Assembly: GCA_013265495.1 (NCBI GenBank)
Contig: MU057981.1
Span: 62,001-126,000 of the forward strand
Length of the DNA stretch: 64,000 bases
Direction of reading: 5' to 3'
Origin: Vicugna vicugna
Taxonomy: Eukaryota
Of this stretch, positions 12,891-25,962 are shown piece after piece. The first letter of the stretch is position 1; each line of letters starts with the position of its first letter. The notes beneath the pieces were generated by a model, which had not been told where the DNA came from, ran no database searches, and worked only from the letters and a program-made list of their open reading frames with translations. Position numbers and translations under genes: made by a program.

Positions 12891-15839
12891 AAAAGAAGAA
12901 TATATGCTAAACATTGGCACAGCCATTATGGAAAACAGTATGGAGATTCCTCAAAAAACAAAAAATAGGCTTACCATATGATCCAGCAATCCCACTCCTG
13001 GGCATATATCTGGAGAAAACTCTAATTCAAAAGGATACATGCACCCCAATGTTCATAGCGGCACTATATACAATAACCAAGACATAGAAACAACCTAAAT
13101 GTCCATCAACAGATGACTGGATAAAGAAGTTGTGGTATATTTATACAATAGAATGCTACTCAGCCATAAAAAATAATAAAATACTGCCATTTGCAGCAAC
13201 ATGGATGGATCTGAAGATCGTCATTCTAAGTGAAGCAAACCAGAAAAAGAAAGAAAACTACTGTATGGTATCATTCATATGTGGAATCTAAAAAAAAAAA
13301 AAAAAGAAGCAGCAGAAGGAAAAAGAGGATCACTAATGAACTCATCTACAAAACAGAAACAGACTTGCAGACATAGTAAACAACCATATGGTTACCTGGG
13401 GAAAGAGGGTGGGAAGGGATAAATCAGAGTTTGAGATTTGCAAATGTTAACCACTATATAAAAACAGATAAATAAACAAATTTCTTCTGTATGGCACATG
13501 GACCTATATTCATATCTTCTAATAACCTTTAAAGAAAAAGAATATGAAAACAAACTTATGTATATATATGCACGATGGGGATATGCTGTATACCAGAAAC
13601 TGACATGTTATAACTGATTATACTTCAATTTAAAAAATTAAACAAAAAAAATACTGAAGTACATTTAAGCAGAAACACACATAAGACAGACAATGTATTA
13701 ATCAGTTGACAAAAATGTTCAACTCTCATGAATTTGTCTCATGAGAACTTAACTGTAAATAATGAGGATCAACTATATACAACAGTTTTTATATGAATTT
13801 AAAAACAACTCAAAAATAATTTATAGAATAGGTGGATACAGATCAATCTAGGAATAATGTGAAAAGTATTGGTTAGATATATAATGAATTAATGATACTG
13901 TTGCCTCTAATAAATGAAGAGAGCAAACTGGCCTGGGAAAGGGAAGAGACAAGTTAAATTTTCATTGTAGTTAATTTTAAATGTAAAGTTGCTCTCATTT
14001 TACTTAAAAAAGATTGTAACCCACTAAAAAAAAATAAATAATGGTCAGTTATCTCGGATCCCATCTCTTGAGTTACAGATTCGCATTAGTTTTTTGGTCT
14101 TTGTCTTTTGGCCTGGGAAAGAACTCTTACAATCTGTCTTAGAAATCATTTATTTCATAATATTGACCATGTTTAGTCTGATAGGAGCACATTTCATCCT
14201 CACTGCATCTTAACCAAGCTCCTACAGCGTCTCTGTGATACAAGAACCCCCACTGCATGTGGTTCCCGGGACATGCCTTGCACCCTCCACTCCGCGGACT
14301 CAGGTCCCCTGCCTGCAGTGTCCTGCCTGACCGAACACAGCCCGGTCTGCAGATCTGGGCACAGTCATCCCCTCCCCCACACTCTACCTTTCTTTTTATT
14401 TTTAATAGCAAGTACCAATGCTCACTAAGCTTTTGCCTTATATTCTTTTGTATCATTCACATCCTTATATGAGTCTTATTTTTCCTATGAAATTTGAGAA
14501 AGTCCTTAAAGCCAGAGTCCAAAAGTCCTCTTCAATGAAACCTCTAACTTAATAGAAATTGGGTTTCTAGAAACATCTACAGACATTAAATATATGAAAA
14601 CTGAACAACATGTTTACATATTACAAGGTAATTCCATTCCCAGAAAGCTAAAATTTTCTATAAATTTCCAAAATCATTTCCAACAATTTGGACATAATAT
14701 TTGATAATATATTTGCTTGTATTTATGTTTTATTTTACTTTCATAAATTTATCTACAAGTGTAAGCATCATAAAAACACAAATGAAGCCAAAAATTTGCT
14801 GCTTTGGTTCCTTGCTTTACAAGGAGGTCCTTTTCTTTCTATACTTCTTTCCATCCTTCTTTCCATCTTATCCTTCCTAGGGATTCTTGGATTTATCATT
14901 TTGTTCCTTCTCTGAACTTCTTCCCACATCCCTCACCAAGAGGTTAAGAAGGACTCATCTTATTAGTGAGCTGTGGATACTGTCCTAAAAATCGCAATAT
15001 TGACCTGCCTTTCCCTCACCTTCTGCTCTGTCCGCAGCAGTCACCGGCCACGTCTTGCCCGGTGACCGCTGGTAACCATGTGTGAGAGCTGCCTTGCAGA
15101 TTCAACTTTGCCCACAATGTAGATAAGGAGGGTTATTAGATATCTTTTTCTTGTGTCACAGAAACAGTCTCTAATCCAACCTTAACAGGATAGAGATGCT
15201 TTGACCTTTAGAGGTTATTGGGAATCTAGCTACATCATTAATGATGCTCACACTATACTTTTATATTCTTATTTAATATTGGTCTATTATCAGTTATTAA
15301 AATTCCAAAAAGATAATAAGTATATACCCACCTCAACCCCCAACACATAACCTTTACTATGTCAGGGAGTGGTTAAAGGCCTGCCTGTGGGCTGAGCCGG
15401 CCCTGAATTCTAATCGCTGCTTTGATATGTGTTAATGTTATGCTTCTGTTTCCTCGGCTATCCATGGGAATAACCTGTTTTAAAGATTGTGAGGATTAAG
15501 TAAAACAATTTTTTGAACAGTGTCTTGCCTTCGATAAATGTTAGCCACTATGATTATTATCCCTATTTATTCCCTATTTTAATGGTTGCAGGCCATGCCC
15601 TAAGCCCTAGGGACAGAGATCTAAACTAGACCAAATTCATTCCATACTCACCTAGTGGCAGGTAGACTATACAGAGGTAAACACATCCATTAGTTAATTT
15701 CTTAAGTTTATTGCAAAAATATTTAATGGGCATCCAAGTATATACCAGGTTCTAAGTACTGCAGATGCTTCAGTAAGCAAGCAAAACAGACAGAAAGTAC
15801 TATCCAATTTCAAAAAAATAAAAAATAAGAAAAATGAAC

Positions 15840-15870
<31 letters not shown>

Positions 15871-17861
15871 TATCATTTTCTGATATATAAAGAAAAATTA
15901 AGTTGGAGAATAGAGAATGAAAAGTAGGGAATGAGAAGAGAATAGTTAGATTCATTATGTGCTCTAAATGTGGAAAGGACAGAAGGAAGTTCATGTAGAC
16001 AGAGTGTCTGGATCAAGAGTGAGAACACTCTGATATTGGGGTGAAGGGGTGGGCAGAAGCCAAACCAGGGAAAGCCTTGGAAGATTTAATAAGAGGTTTG
16101 TATTTTAAATTTAATAAAGAAATGTTAGGCATTTATAAGCAAGGACTTAACATGACCTGATGAAGCTTTTCAAAAAAGATCTCATTGTCTGAGAATAGAT
16201 CAAAAGGAGACAAGAGTGGAAGCAGAAGCAGCCAGGAGGCTGTTACAAGTCCAGGTGTGAGGTGGCAGTGGACTAGGGAGGTAAGAGTAAAGACTGCCAA
16301 CATGCTAGAGATATATAGGAGAAGAAAGATTACTTTCCTAAGGGCATAGCCTTGATACAGAATCCTAGGACGGTACCTGTTCCATTTTCTCTGTTGAAGT
16401 TGCTATGGGCTCCACATTTCATTCAAGGCCACAGGAGACATTTCCAATGTCACTGGGATAAATGTGCATAGTGGGAAAGTCACTTAGACTATAGCAACAA
16501 ACACCTAAGAAGGTGACTCTTCTTTGGAACACTTAAAACTGACAGATGGGACCTGGGTTATATATGTCTTACCAAGGGATACATGGACATAGGAAAAATT
16601 ATGGGAATATATATATATCAAGTTCATATGATTCCATAAAAAATTAATCTCTTGATGAGGCACCAAAATTCCTTTTCCATCTTCCCCACCCACCTCTGTG
16701 TGAGGGCCCTTTTCCATATTGTAAAACAAAGGCACACCTCTCACTAACCCTAAAGTTTACTATGCTTCCTTATTTCAAGGACACTAAAAAAAAGAGTCTG
16801 TTTCACATATTGTATCTGGGAAATATGTTTTAGTCTAGGAACCAGAAACCTATAGAAGGTTTCCCTGTACATATTTTGGCTAAAATCCAAGGATAGCATC
16901 ATAAATGTGATCTTTTTCATGGGTTGGTGTTATCTAAATTCACATATGGAGAGGATTGGTAGTAACAATGATGGCTTTTACTTAACAACCTCAAGTCTTC
17001 ACCCTCAGACCAAGGTCAAAAAAATAAAATCTTTTCCAAAGAGTGTACTGTGAAATTAAAACAAAGAAAGCATTGGCAAGAAATACGGTAGGTGACTTCA
17101 TCTGGATGACCAGCCCGCTGTTAAACCGTCTCCTGATTCCCTGCTTTTCCTTCTTCCCTTCCCTTGCCTTCTCTTCTCCTCCTTTTCTTCTTGTCTTCTC
17201 TGCTTTCCCTTCTTCTCTTCTACCATCTCTCCTTTCTTCTCCTTCTCCTCCTCCTCCTTTTTTCTGCTTCTCCCATCTTACAGTTAGAATTCTGAAGTGA
17301 CATGCTATTACCTAATAACATATTCATTTGAGAGTGATTAATAGTGTGCACTAGTTTTTGTTATTAGGTTACATGAACGTGTTTAGGACTTCATAGGCAC
17401 CAATTAGCAGCAAGGTGACTCAATTAAATAGAATGATGCCAGCCTGCCGGCAGGACATGTGAGAAGCAATTAAATATCTGCTTTATATGGTTTTTTTTTC
17501 ATATATTGACTAAACTAAGAATATATTTCTGAAGTTTTGAGGAAAATATATCTGATGCACTTGGTAATATGAAAAGTTTCTAAAAATATTTTGTTGTAAA
17601 GAATGTTTTGAAATGAATAAATTTTGCAATTTTCTTAACTTTTTCTGACTATTTTGGGTTGAAATAAAGTGCATCTAGGTGAAAAAAACAAAGGTATATA
17701 ACCAGTAGTCATTTTAACCATTTTTAATTCTTTGTATTTCTCTCCAAAATTCAGAAATTGAGCTATTGTAGTAATTGACATTTCAAAAAAATATATATCC
17801 TTTAGCAAACAATGATATTTCTAATTATTTGTTGTTAACAACATTGAAAGAGGCATAATTG

Positions 17862-19535
17862 CTCCTTTCTCCCTCTCAGAACCTTCCTGCCACTGCATTT
17901 GGACCTCACTACTCCAGCCTCTGGGGCCCATCCCATCCTTCCAGCCTGTGACCAGCAGCAGAAAAAAACAAATTACATATCATTTTCTTGCCCTGTACAC
18001 ACCTTGAAGTGAGCAAAAAGATTAGAATAACTTTTAACCATAGGGAAATTGTGCACATCCAGGGAGGTCAGTGTAGCAACCAGATCGGTGCCAAGTTCTG
18101 GGAGGTGATCGGTGATGGACATGGCAGTGACTGCACCGGCACCTATCATGGGTCAGCTGGACTGCATCTCTGTGTACTACAGTAAAGCCACAGATGTTAA
18201 ATATGCTCCTCGTGCTATCTTGGTGGATCTAGAACCCAGGACCATGGACTCTGTTCACTCAGGTCCTTTTGATCAGATCTTCAGACCAGACAACTTTGTT
18301 TTTTGTCAGTCTGGTGCAGGCAACAACTGGGCCAAGGGCCACTACACAGAGAGGGCCGAGCTGGTTGATTTGGTCTTGAAAGTGGTTCGAAAGGAGGCCA
18401 AGAGCTGTGACTATCTACAGGGCTTCTAGCAGACCCACTTGTTGGGCAGGGGTATGGGCTCTAGGACGGGCACCTTGCTCATCAGCAAGATCCATGAAGA
18501 GCATCCTGACCACATCATGAACACCTTCAGTGTGGTGCTGTCACCCAAGTTGTCTGACACTGTGATGGAGCTCTACAACGCCACCCTCTCCATCCATCAG
18601 TTGGTGGAGAACACCACCGAGACCTACTGCATTGACAATGAGGCCCTTTAGACATCTGCTTCTGCACCCTTAAGCTGACCATGCCAACCTACAGGAACCT
18701 GAACCACCTCGTCTCAGCCACCAAGAGTGGTGTCACCACCTGCCTTCACTTTCCTGGTCAGCTCAATGCTGACCTCCACAAGCTGGCAGTCAACATGGTG
18801 CCCTTCCCACATCTCCACTTCTTCATGTCCAGTTTTGCCCCTCTCACCAGCCGTGGCAGCCAGCATCATCAGGCCCTCACTGTGCCCGAGTTCACAAAGC
18901 AGGTCTTCAATACCAAGAACATGATGGCTGCCTGTGGCCCCTGCCATGGCCGGCACCTCACCATGTCTGCTGTCTTCCATGAGTGATGTCAATGAAGGAG
19001 GTGGATCAGCAGATGCTCAAAGTGCAGAACAAGAATAGCAGCTACTTCATGGAATGGATCCCCAACAATGTCAAGACAGCCATTTGTGACATTCCACCCC
19101 GTGGCCTCAAGTTGGTGGTCACTTTCGTTGGCAACAGCACGGCCGTCCAGGAGCTGGTCAAGTGCATCTTGGATTAGTACACTTCATGTTCCATGGAAAG
19201 CATCCCTCCACTGTTACACAGGTGAGGATGTGGACAAGATGGAGTTCCCCAAAGCTGAGAGTAACATGAAAGACCTCATCTCCGAGTACCAGCGGTACTA
19301 CCAGGATGCCAGCGCAGAAGAGGAGGAGGATTTCGGTGAGGAGGCCGAAGGCTGAGCCCCGTCGCTGCACGTTTCTCAGTCCCCTCAGCCTTCTTCCTCA
19401 ATCACCCCTTTCCCTCAGAATTTGCATTTTCTACCTCTATCTTGTTTTTCCTTATTTTGGGAGTGTTGGTTCTAGAACAGTGCCTGCACATAATAGATGT
19501 TCAATAAATATTTGTTGTTTGTTGGAAAAAAAAAA
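17862..19535 (+). pseudogene. TUBB: Processed pseudogene of beta-tubulin class I (TUBB/TUBB5)
   Basis: Intronless beta-tubulin ([33 protein letters not shown]) with the class I tail [11 protein letters not shown] and a TUBB-like 5' UTR. The start codon is damaged (ccATAGGG) and there are stops and frameshifts. AATAAA at 19503-19508, an A-tail, and TSD gaggcataattg (17850-17861 / 19537-19548). Confidence 0.97.
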
Positions 19536-20449
19536 GGAGGCATAATTGAATTGCCTGGTGATGTATAATTAGGAATAAATTTTGATAGCATTTGGTCTTT
19601 TTGGTTTTGAGGGCTTATATTTCAGAAGGGTTTTAAAAAACTCATTGATATTACAACAAAAAAATTCCTTCAATTCCATCTTGTTATTATGAGTAATGTT
19701 TCTCTGCACAAAAAAAAAATGAAAAAGGAAAACCCCACTGAGTCATAAGATTAATGTTGAGCCTTGTCTCAATTTTACAAGTGCTTTTCTTCTACAGATA
19801 CCTAAACTTATTAGAAAGAAATGCCCTCTTTCTATTGCTAAGAGATTATTTTAAAATTAAATTATACATTGTATGTTTCATAATTTCTCAAAGTCCCCAA
19901 TATGTTTGTGTCATTTGGTCAGCTGTCTGTTAGTTATAATTGTTACAATGAGACCGATGGGCTGCCTACTGCACTAAGTAGACAAGTAATTATAATTGTT
20001 ATGATGACTACATAGAAGGAATTGTTTGTGGCTCAGAGTCTTATTATCACAGGATTTTTTTCCTTTAATTTATTGAAATATTTCTGTAGCAGAAAAGCAT
20101 AAGAATGTGATTAATAAGTTGTTTAGGCTTAAAAGATATTATATTAGAATTCAATTATCTAAGGGAAGCAGTATAAAGTTACAAGTCCAAGGAGAATATG
20201 GAGAGATGTAAAACTTGTGACTGCTGAAGAAAACTTTTTCCATGCATTTTTGTAAATAATTGATGGTGGGTATCAAGTTACTTTGGTATTTTGATTTCAT
20301 GCACTACATTTAAAAAGAAGCATGTAATTTTTTTTAATTTTTATTTTTGAAATGTCATTATTTACAACTCACTAGGAATTGTATCAATGGTAACTTTTTA
20401 AACTCATGATAGAACTATTCAAATTTGTTAGGGTACATGAGCAAAAATG

Positions 20450-20801
20450 AGAAAAAGAAAGAAGAAGAAGAAGGAGAAGGAGAAGGAGAAGAAGAAAGGA
20501 AGAAGAAGAAGAAGAAGAAGAGAGAAGAAGAAGAAGAAGAAGAAGAAGAAGAAAGAAGAAGAAGAAGGAAGAAGAAGAAGAAAGAAGAAGAAGAAGGAAG
20601 AAGAAGAAGAAAGAAGAAGAAGAAGGAAGAAGAAGAAGAAAGAAGAAGAAGAAGGAAGAAGAAGAAGAAAGAAGAAGAAGAAGGAAGAAGAAGAAGAAAG
20701 AAGAAGAAGAAGGAAGAAGAAGAAGAAAGAAGAAGAAGAAGGAAGAAGAAGAAGAAAGAAGAAGAAGAAGGAAGAAGAAGAAGAAAGAAGAAGAAGAAGG
20801 C
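20450..20801. repeat. Polypurine GAA-derived repeat with a 29-nt higher-order unit
   Basis: The unit (GAA)4-G-(GAA)5-A repeats about 8 times. All ORFs called here are repeat artefacts. Confidence 0.95.
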
Positions 20802-22152
20802 CACTGATCTTTGCTGTCTCCAAAATCCAGAGTCCCATGTAGGCAATCCACCATCTTCTCACTTCAAGGGGGTACAACATATTCTTGAGGAATATATCCT
20901 AACATGTTTAAGAACATAAGAATTGTCAGAAAATTCATGAGATGACATGTTTTTCAAGGACAAATATTCTAAGTATACAGTATATGTATCTTACCAAGAC
21001 AGCCTAGGGTATCTGCTGCCTTCTGGTCTCTAATTCATAAAATAATATTTGTGATACAGCAGAGAGCAAACCTTTCTGGGGGTGATGAGATCTTTGGGAT
21101 AACTGTTGTCTGGATTATGGGAGAAAAATAAAATAATTGATGAATCCCTGAGTCATGATTTAAATAGCATCCTCCTCTTCTGCCTGGTTGAAAATTAACT
21201 ATAATTTGGAGAAAAATTTATTTGCCATAGCAACAATTTTATAATAAGTTCTAGGAGCTTAATTAATTTGCTCCATGGTAGTGTTCACATATGGAATACT
21301 CATTTCAATTGAAGTCACCACCTGATTAAATTCTCTGTAATCCTATTATTCTAAAGAACTATCCATTATATGTACTGGAAAAACTCAGAAAATAAATGGG
21401 AATATATTTGGAACTTCCACCTCTGTATCTTTCAAATCTATTAAGATATCTTTGCAATTCCATCAAGGTTTAAATATTTCTTTTGATTTACTGTTTCCAT
21501 AAAGAGGAACATCCAATGACTTCAACTTACTAACATCATGGAACTAGGTTTCCGTTGGTTTCATAGCACAGTAACTGGGGAAGAGACCAGAAGGGATGGC
21601 ATGGGTTCCTCTGGGTCTATCACAAGGTGATTCCAAGTGAGAGCTTCATTTATCAACCAAGTCCAGGTAAACTCTTATTCTGACTGTTATATTGAGACTC
21701 CAACTACTGTTTTGCCATTTCTGGATTCAAAAGATGGGACATTTTCCTTTCTCAGTGAAGAGTTACCCAGATCAATGGCCATGGAGAAATCTGAAAAACT
21801 CTGATATACAGAAGACTAAACTTAACTCACAACTAGAAATTAGGAGGAAGGACCTGACTCTACTGCCCAGTAACTCAAGTGAGCCCTTTGTTCTTGGGAC
21901 TCGTGATTGTTGGTTTTGTTCTTGGTGAATTCTGAATTGATTAACAGGAGAGGTCTCTTGATGTCAGACCATCCTCTGCACCCTGATTATTATGCCCATA
22001 GCGCTGTATCTGCAGTGACTGTACTCATTTTGTTAACAGCATTTAGCAATTAGCACTTGGGGTCAAAACCCCATGACTCATTCCACTCAACATGATGTTA
22101 CAAATGTCTCATAGATGTTCCTGTCCCACAGAGGACAAACTAAAAAGCTCTA

Positions 22153-23190
22153 CTATTTATTTATTTATTTGTTTGTGTATGTATGTATGTATTTATTTAT
22201 TTCTATATATAAATTAACCACTTTATTGAATATTAATAAACCATACATATAACTATACAAAATGCTTCCTTAGTATAAAATGTTGCTTGCAAAATAAATA
22301 CCAGTGTGCCTTTAAAAATGTAAACATCTTCCTCCTGGGCCCACCTGCCGGGCCCCAGAAGTAGTTCCAGGAGATACACCAGTGGGGAGGAAACCCCCAC
22401 TTGGGCCCCCGGCAAGTGAAGGCAGTCACTCACAGTCCCTTTTGCGACGTTGTTAAATTGCCCATGAAACAGGTGCCCATGACAAACAGGAGGGTGAAAT
22501 AGCTGCCCAGGCCCTGGGGCATCCTGGGGACTAGATGCTGTCCTGGTGTCAGTGACCATCCCCGCAGGCCCTGTGGGTGCACCTGAGGTAGACAATTGCA
22601 TAGTCAGTCACACCTCCTGGAGGGGTGGCCTGAGGGTCCCCTCAGTTGGGGAATAATTTCTTATAAGTCTGACATCTTTTGTCCTGGAGCTCAAAGCAGC
22701 TGTATCCAACAGCTTTGGATACACAAACTCACACAGAAAGGCCAACTCCGGAATGCTTGGGAGCGGCGACCACCAGGAGGGGTCTCTGATGCCAGCCACC
22801 GTCCCATCAGCTGTCCACAGAAAGGCCTCTCTCAGAGCCCAATGAGACACCCAAGTGGATGACTGGGAACTGGTCCTCAGAGTCCTGTGGGGCCCAATGC
22901 AGCCAGAAGGTGGAGCTCAGAAGGGAATTCTGTGGCAGTGAGAAGGATGTGGGTAACTTCCTTCTGGAGCTGGGGGAGGCTGCAGTCAGGGGAGGGTCTT
23001 GAGAGTCAGAAGGAGCCTTAAGAGTTATTGGGGGCCCCCTGAGCAGCCCGACTCTTGGTGCTTGTAGAGCAGGGACATTCGGGAGAAGGTTCTGGAGCAT
23101 CTTGCACTGGTACTCCTTGACATCTGAGTGGGTCTGGAGATGGGCCCGCAGGTTGGAGCGGTCGGTGAAGGTGCGGCTGCATTGGGAAAG
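22153..23190 (-). pseudogene. SNAI1: 5'-truncated SNAI1 (Snail) retrocopy: last zinc fingers plus full 3' UTR
   Basis: The minus strand reads CSRTFTDRSNLRAHLQTHSDVKEYQCK..CSRTFSRMSLLYKHQESGCSG, the SNAI1 C-terminus. A SNAI1-like 3' UTR follows, with AATAAA (tttatt 22222-22227), a decayed A-tail (ttta)n and TSD aaagctcta (22144-22152 / 23191-23199). Confidence 0.93.
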
Positions 23191-25042
23191 AAAGCTCTAT
23201 GTAAAAGATTTTGGTTAATTGTTTCACTTGATCAAGAGGAAAGGGTCTGGGACTGGCCATGAGACATGGTGAGATGCTAAGTATTCTTAAAGTGATAACC
23301 CAGCATTTCTATTGCTTTTTGTTACTGGATCTTTCACCCTGGGTCACCCAAAGGCTTTCTGGTCATTGTTTGGTTCTAACTGTGTTGCACACTTAGAAAG
23401 TACTTTAATGACCAACCAAGTCCCAAACAAACACATTAAATGCCAAGCCTCTAGTGATTGCACAGGTACCAATTCAGCCCAACCCCAAATTACTTCATCT
23501 TCTCTCTGATTTTTACCTGTAAAATCTATGCTTGTGTATTTAACCCAAATTGTGGATAGACTATATTGATAAATTCCTCTAATTTATTCTAAATGCAACT
23601 TTTTCTTCTTCACTCATGCCCTCATTCAAGCATTCGGGTCATGTTGTATTTCAGGTATAATCACCTATTGAGAAACAATAAGTGCTAGCAAATGGGGACA
23701 ATTGCCAACTTTCTTCTACTAAGTGTGAATGATCTTTCAATGTTGGTCCATTCAGTTGTGTGCTAAACTCTGTGGATCCTTCCAGACACTCTTCTTCCAG
23801 TTGTTGGGTTATTACTCTTTTTTGATTAATGCCTTAAAATATTCAAGTAAACTTAGGCAACATGGCAGACTTAGTTGAAATGTAAAACAAAATGAAAGTT
23901 CAACATTTCATAGAATCAATTTCTGTTTATTCCCCACACTTCATCCTCAGTGTTGACATAGATCTAGCTAATTACATGATCAGTTAAATCAGTTTCCTAT
24001 TGCCTCGGCTACTAATTTCCTCTCTGAGAATCTGGGTTGGCAGGAGTAGTCTTACCACTTCTGCCTCATACCAACCCAACAACCAATTAAATGTACCCAT
24101 ACATTCCCGAGCATTTGTTCTCAAAGGTGAAAGCAACAGAAAACTACTGTGAAATATGCACTAAAAAGCATTGCTCACAGCATCCATGAAAGCACTAAAC
24201 TCAAACCTCAAGGATGCGATTAACATGTAATGGGTCAGTTGACTCTAGAAAATGTAGGTAGATTATATTCTCTATTTGTGGGCTTGCATGACTTTTGGTA
24301 CCCATAGGAGTCTCAGGCTACTGTTTCAGTTTATTTTTCATTTGGTTGGCTATATTTGTGATTCTTCCTGGAGACAACCAGTGGGAGAGGGAGGTTACTT
24401 CTGAGAATAAAGGATCATGTAATCGTTTCCATCTCTCTAATTAATCTCTGCTGATTACACTATGGTTGATTCTCCTTTGATCCTTCTTTCCTCTCATCTT
24501 TAAGTTATTCTGGAGTTCTTCTGCAAAACAATTCATTTATTTTTGACTGTCTCTTTAGCTTGAATAGGATTTCAGAATCCTCAGGTATGCATTTGGTCTT
24601 ATTTTTATTCCTTGCTCAAGAAATTCTCCACCATTTACTTTGTTGATGGGACCCATTCTGACTTTGCAGCAGAGCTTTGGATTCATTTTATTTGTATACT
24701 TTTTTTCTATTATTTCAAACAATAATATTAATAAGTGATAAATGTGTTATTTAACTCTCTCTTGTCTTAAATTAGATATTAAGACAAAAGTAATTGTAAA
24801 ATCCTGCCTAGTTGCTAAGGAATGAAATCACAGCTCATAGATGTGATCTTGTGGTTGGTTGAACTCTTCTATTTTGAAGATTTTAAAAGCAAGAATAATC
24901 TCAAACATTTTTCACCTAAACAAGAATAGATATTAGCTTTATTATAAAAAGCTTTAATTAGGGCAGTAAGACTATTATTGTCATCCCTAGGGGATCTTTG
25001 CTGAAGAAAACTCATAATTACTTATAATTAAAAACTGGCCCA

Positions 25043-25962
25043 CCCAAGTGGAGAAATGCACGCCAGGCGGTCCGTGCGCCAGGTGGTCCGGCCAGGCTTC
25101 CTGGCCGCCCGGCGATCCCGATCCATCCGGCGTGCTCACCTGCTGATTGCTGAGGGTCACCTGCCTGTCGGCCTCTTTTTAGACCCTGCAAAGACATTGA
25201 TCGGATGGCCCGGCTGGTCCAGGCTGGTCCAGGCTGGGTCTTTTTCAGTAGACCTCGTCCCGAGGGACTGAATCTAGTTCCCTGCGCTGTGCGGTAGGAC
25301 TTTGGGGTGGAATCTGCCAGGATAGGACTTACAAAGATTTGGAGGATCCTGGAGAGGTGCTACCATCCAGAATTCTACAAGGACATTCAAGATATTGTGG
25401 ACAGACAGATGGATGGAAGACAGATCGAATGGAGGCCCCATTCCCTGGACCCGTTGGCCTAGAAGGATCGTGGTCAGTCTGGAAAAAACTCTTCCGACGA
25501 GGGTCTTGGAATGGAGTTTCTTGATCCGCGGAAGGTGTTTCTGCACAAAGAGGGGCGTTCTCGGCTTGAGAGCCCAAACCACTGCAGTTCAGCGATCCAC
25601 CCCGGTCAGGGCCAGGGTCAGAACTCAACTGACAGCTCCCCTCCCTCGTCTTGGGCATCCAACTTGGGAAACCCTCCTCCCTGCCCAAGAGAGGAAAGCC
25701 AAAAAGCTCCCCCTCACCCATCTTCTCCTCAGCCTGCCTCCAGCTTCCCCATGCCAATGACCTCATTCATGCTGCCGTACTTTGCTCCCTTTTGGGCCAC
25801 CAGGAAGCCTCCCCACCTTGGATCGGAATCCCTGACAAAAACAAATAGTGCTCCGGGGTACGGGTGGGGTGGTAGAAGGACTCTCTTCTCATGGGAGTGA
25901 TTTTTTACCTCCATAGAGGTGACAAGTTGAGAAAACACATAGAAACACCCAGAATAATAAAC
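25043..25962 (+). other. Unidentified TSD-flanked, GC-rich retroposed-looking insert
   Basis: Abrupt GC/CpG-rich block in AT-rich DNA. Direct repeat aaactggccca at 25032-25042 and 25963-25973, with AATAAA at 25956-25961. Contains ATG ORF 25511-25900 (129 aa). Confidence 0.6.

Larger units (their letters stand above)
8865..13650 (+). mobile_element. 5'-truncated L1 (ORF2 plus 3' UTR) interrupted by a ~1.9-kb foreign insert
   Basis: ORF2p motifs [28 protein letters not shown] and tttgcagatgacatg (FADD). The 3' UTR and A-rich tail end near 13650. Confidence 0.92.

Noticed and set aside
20384..20919. Long E/K/R-rich and S/F/L-rich ORFs
   Set aside because: They are translations of the GAA repeat.
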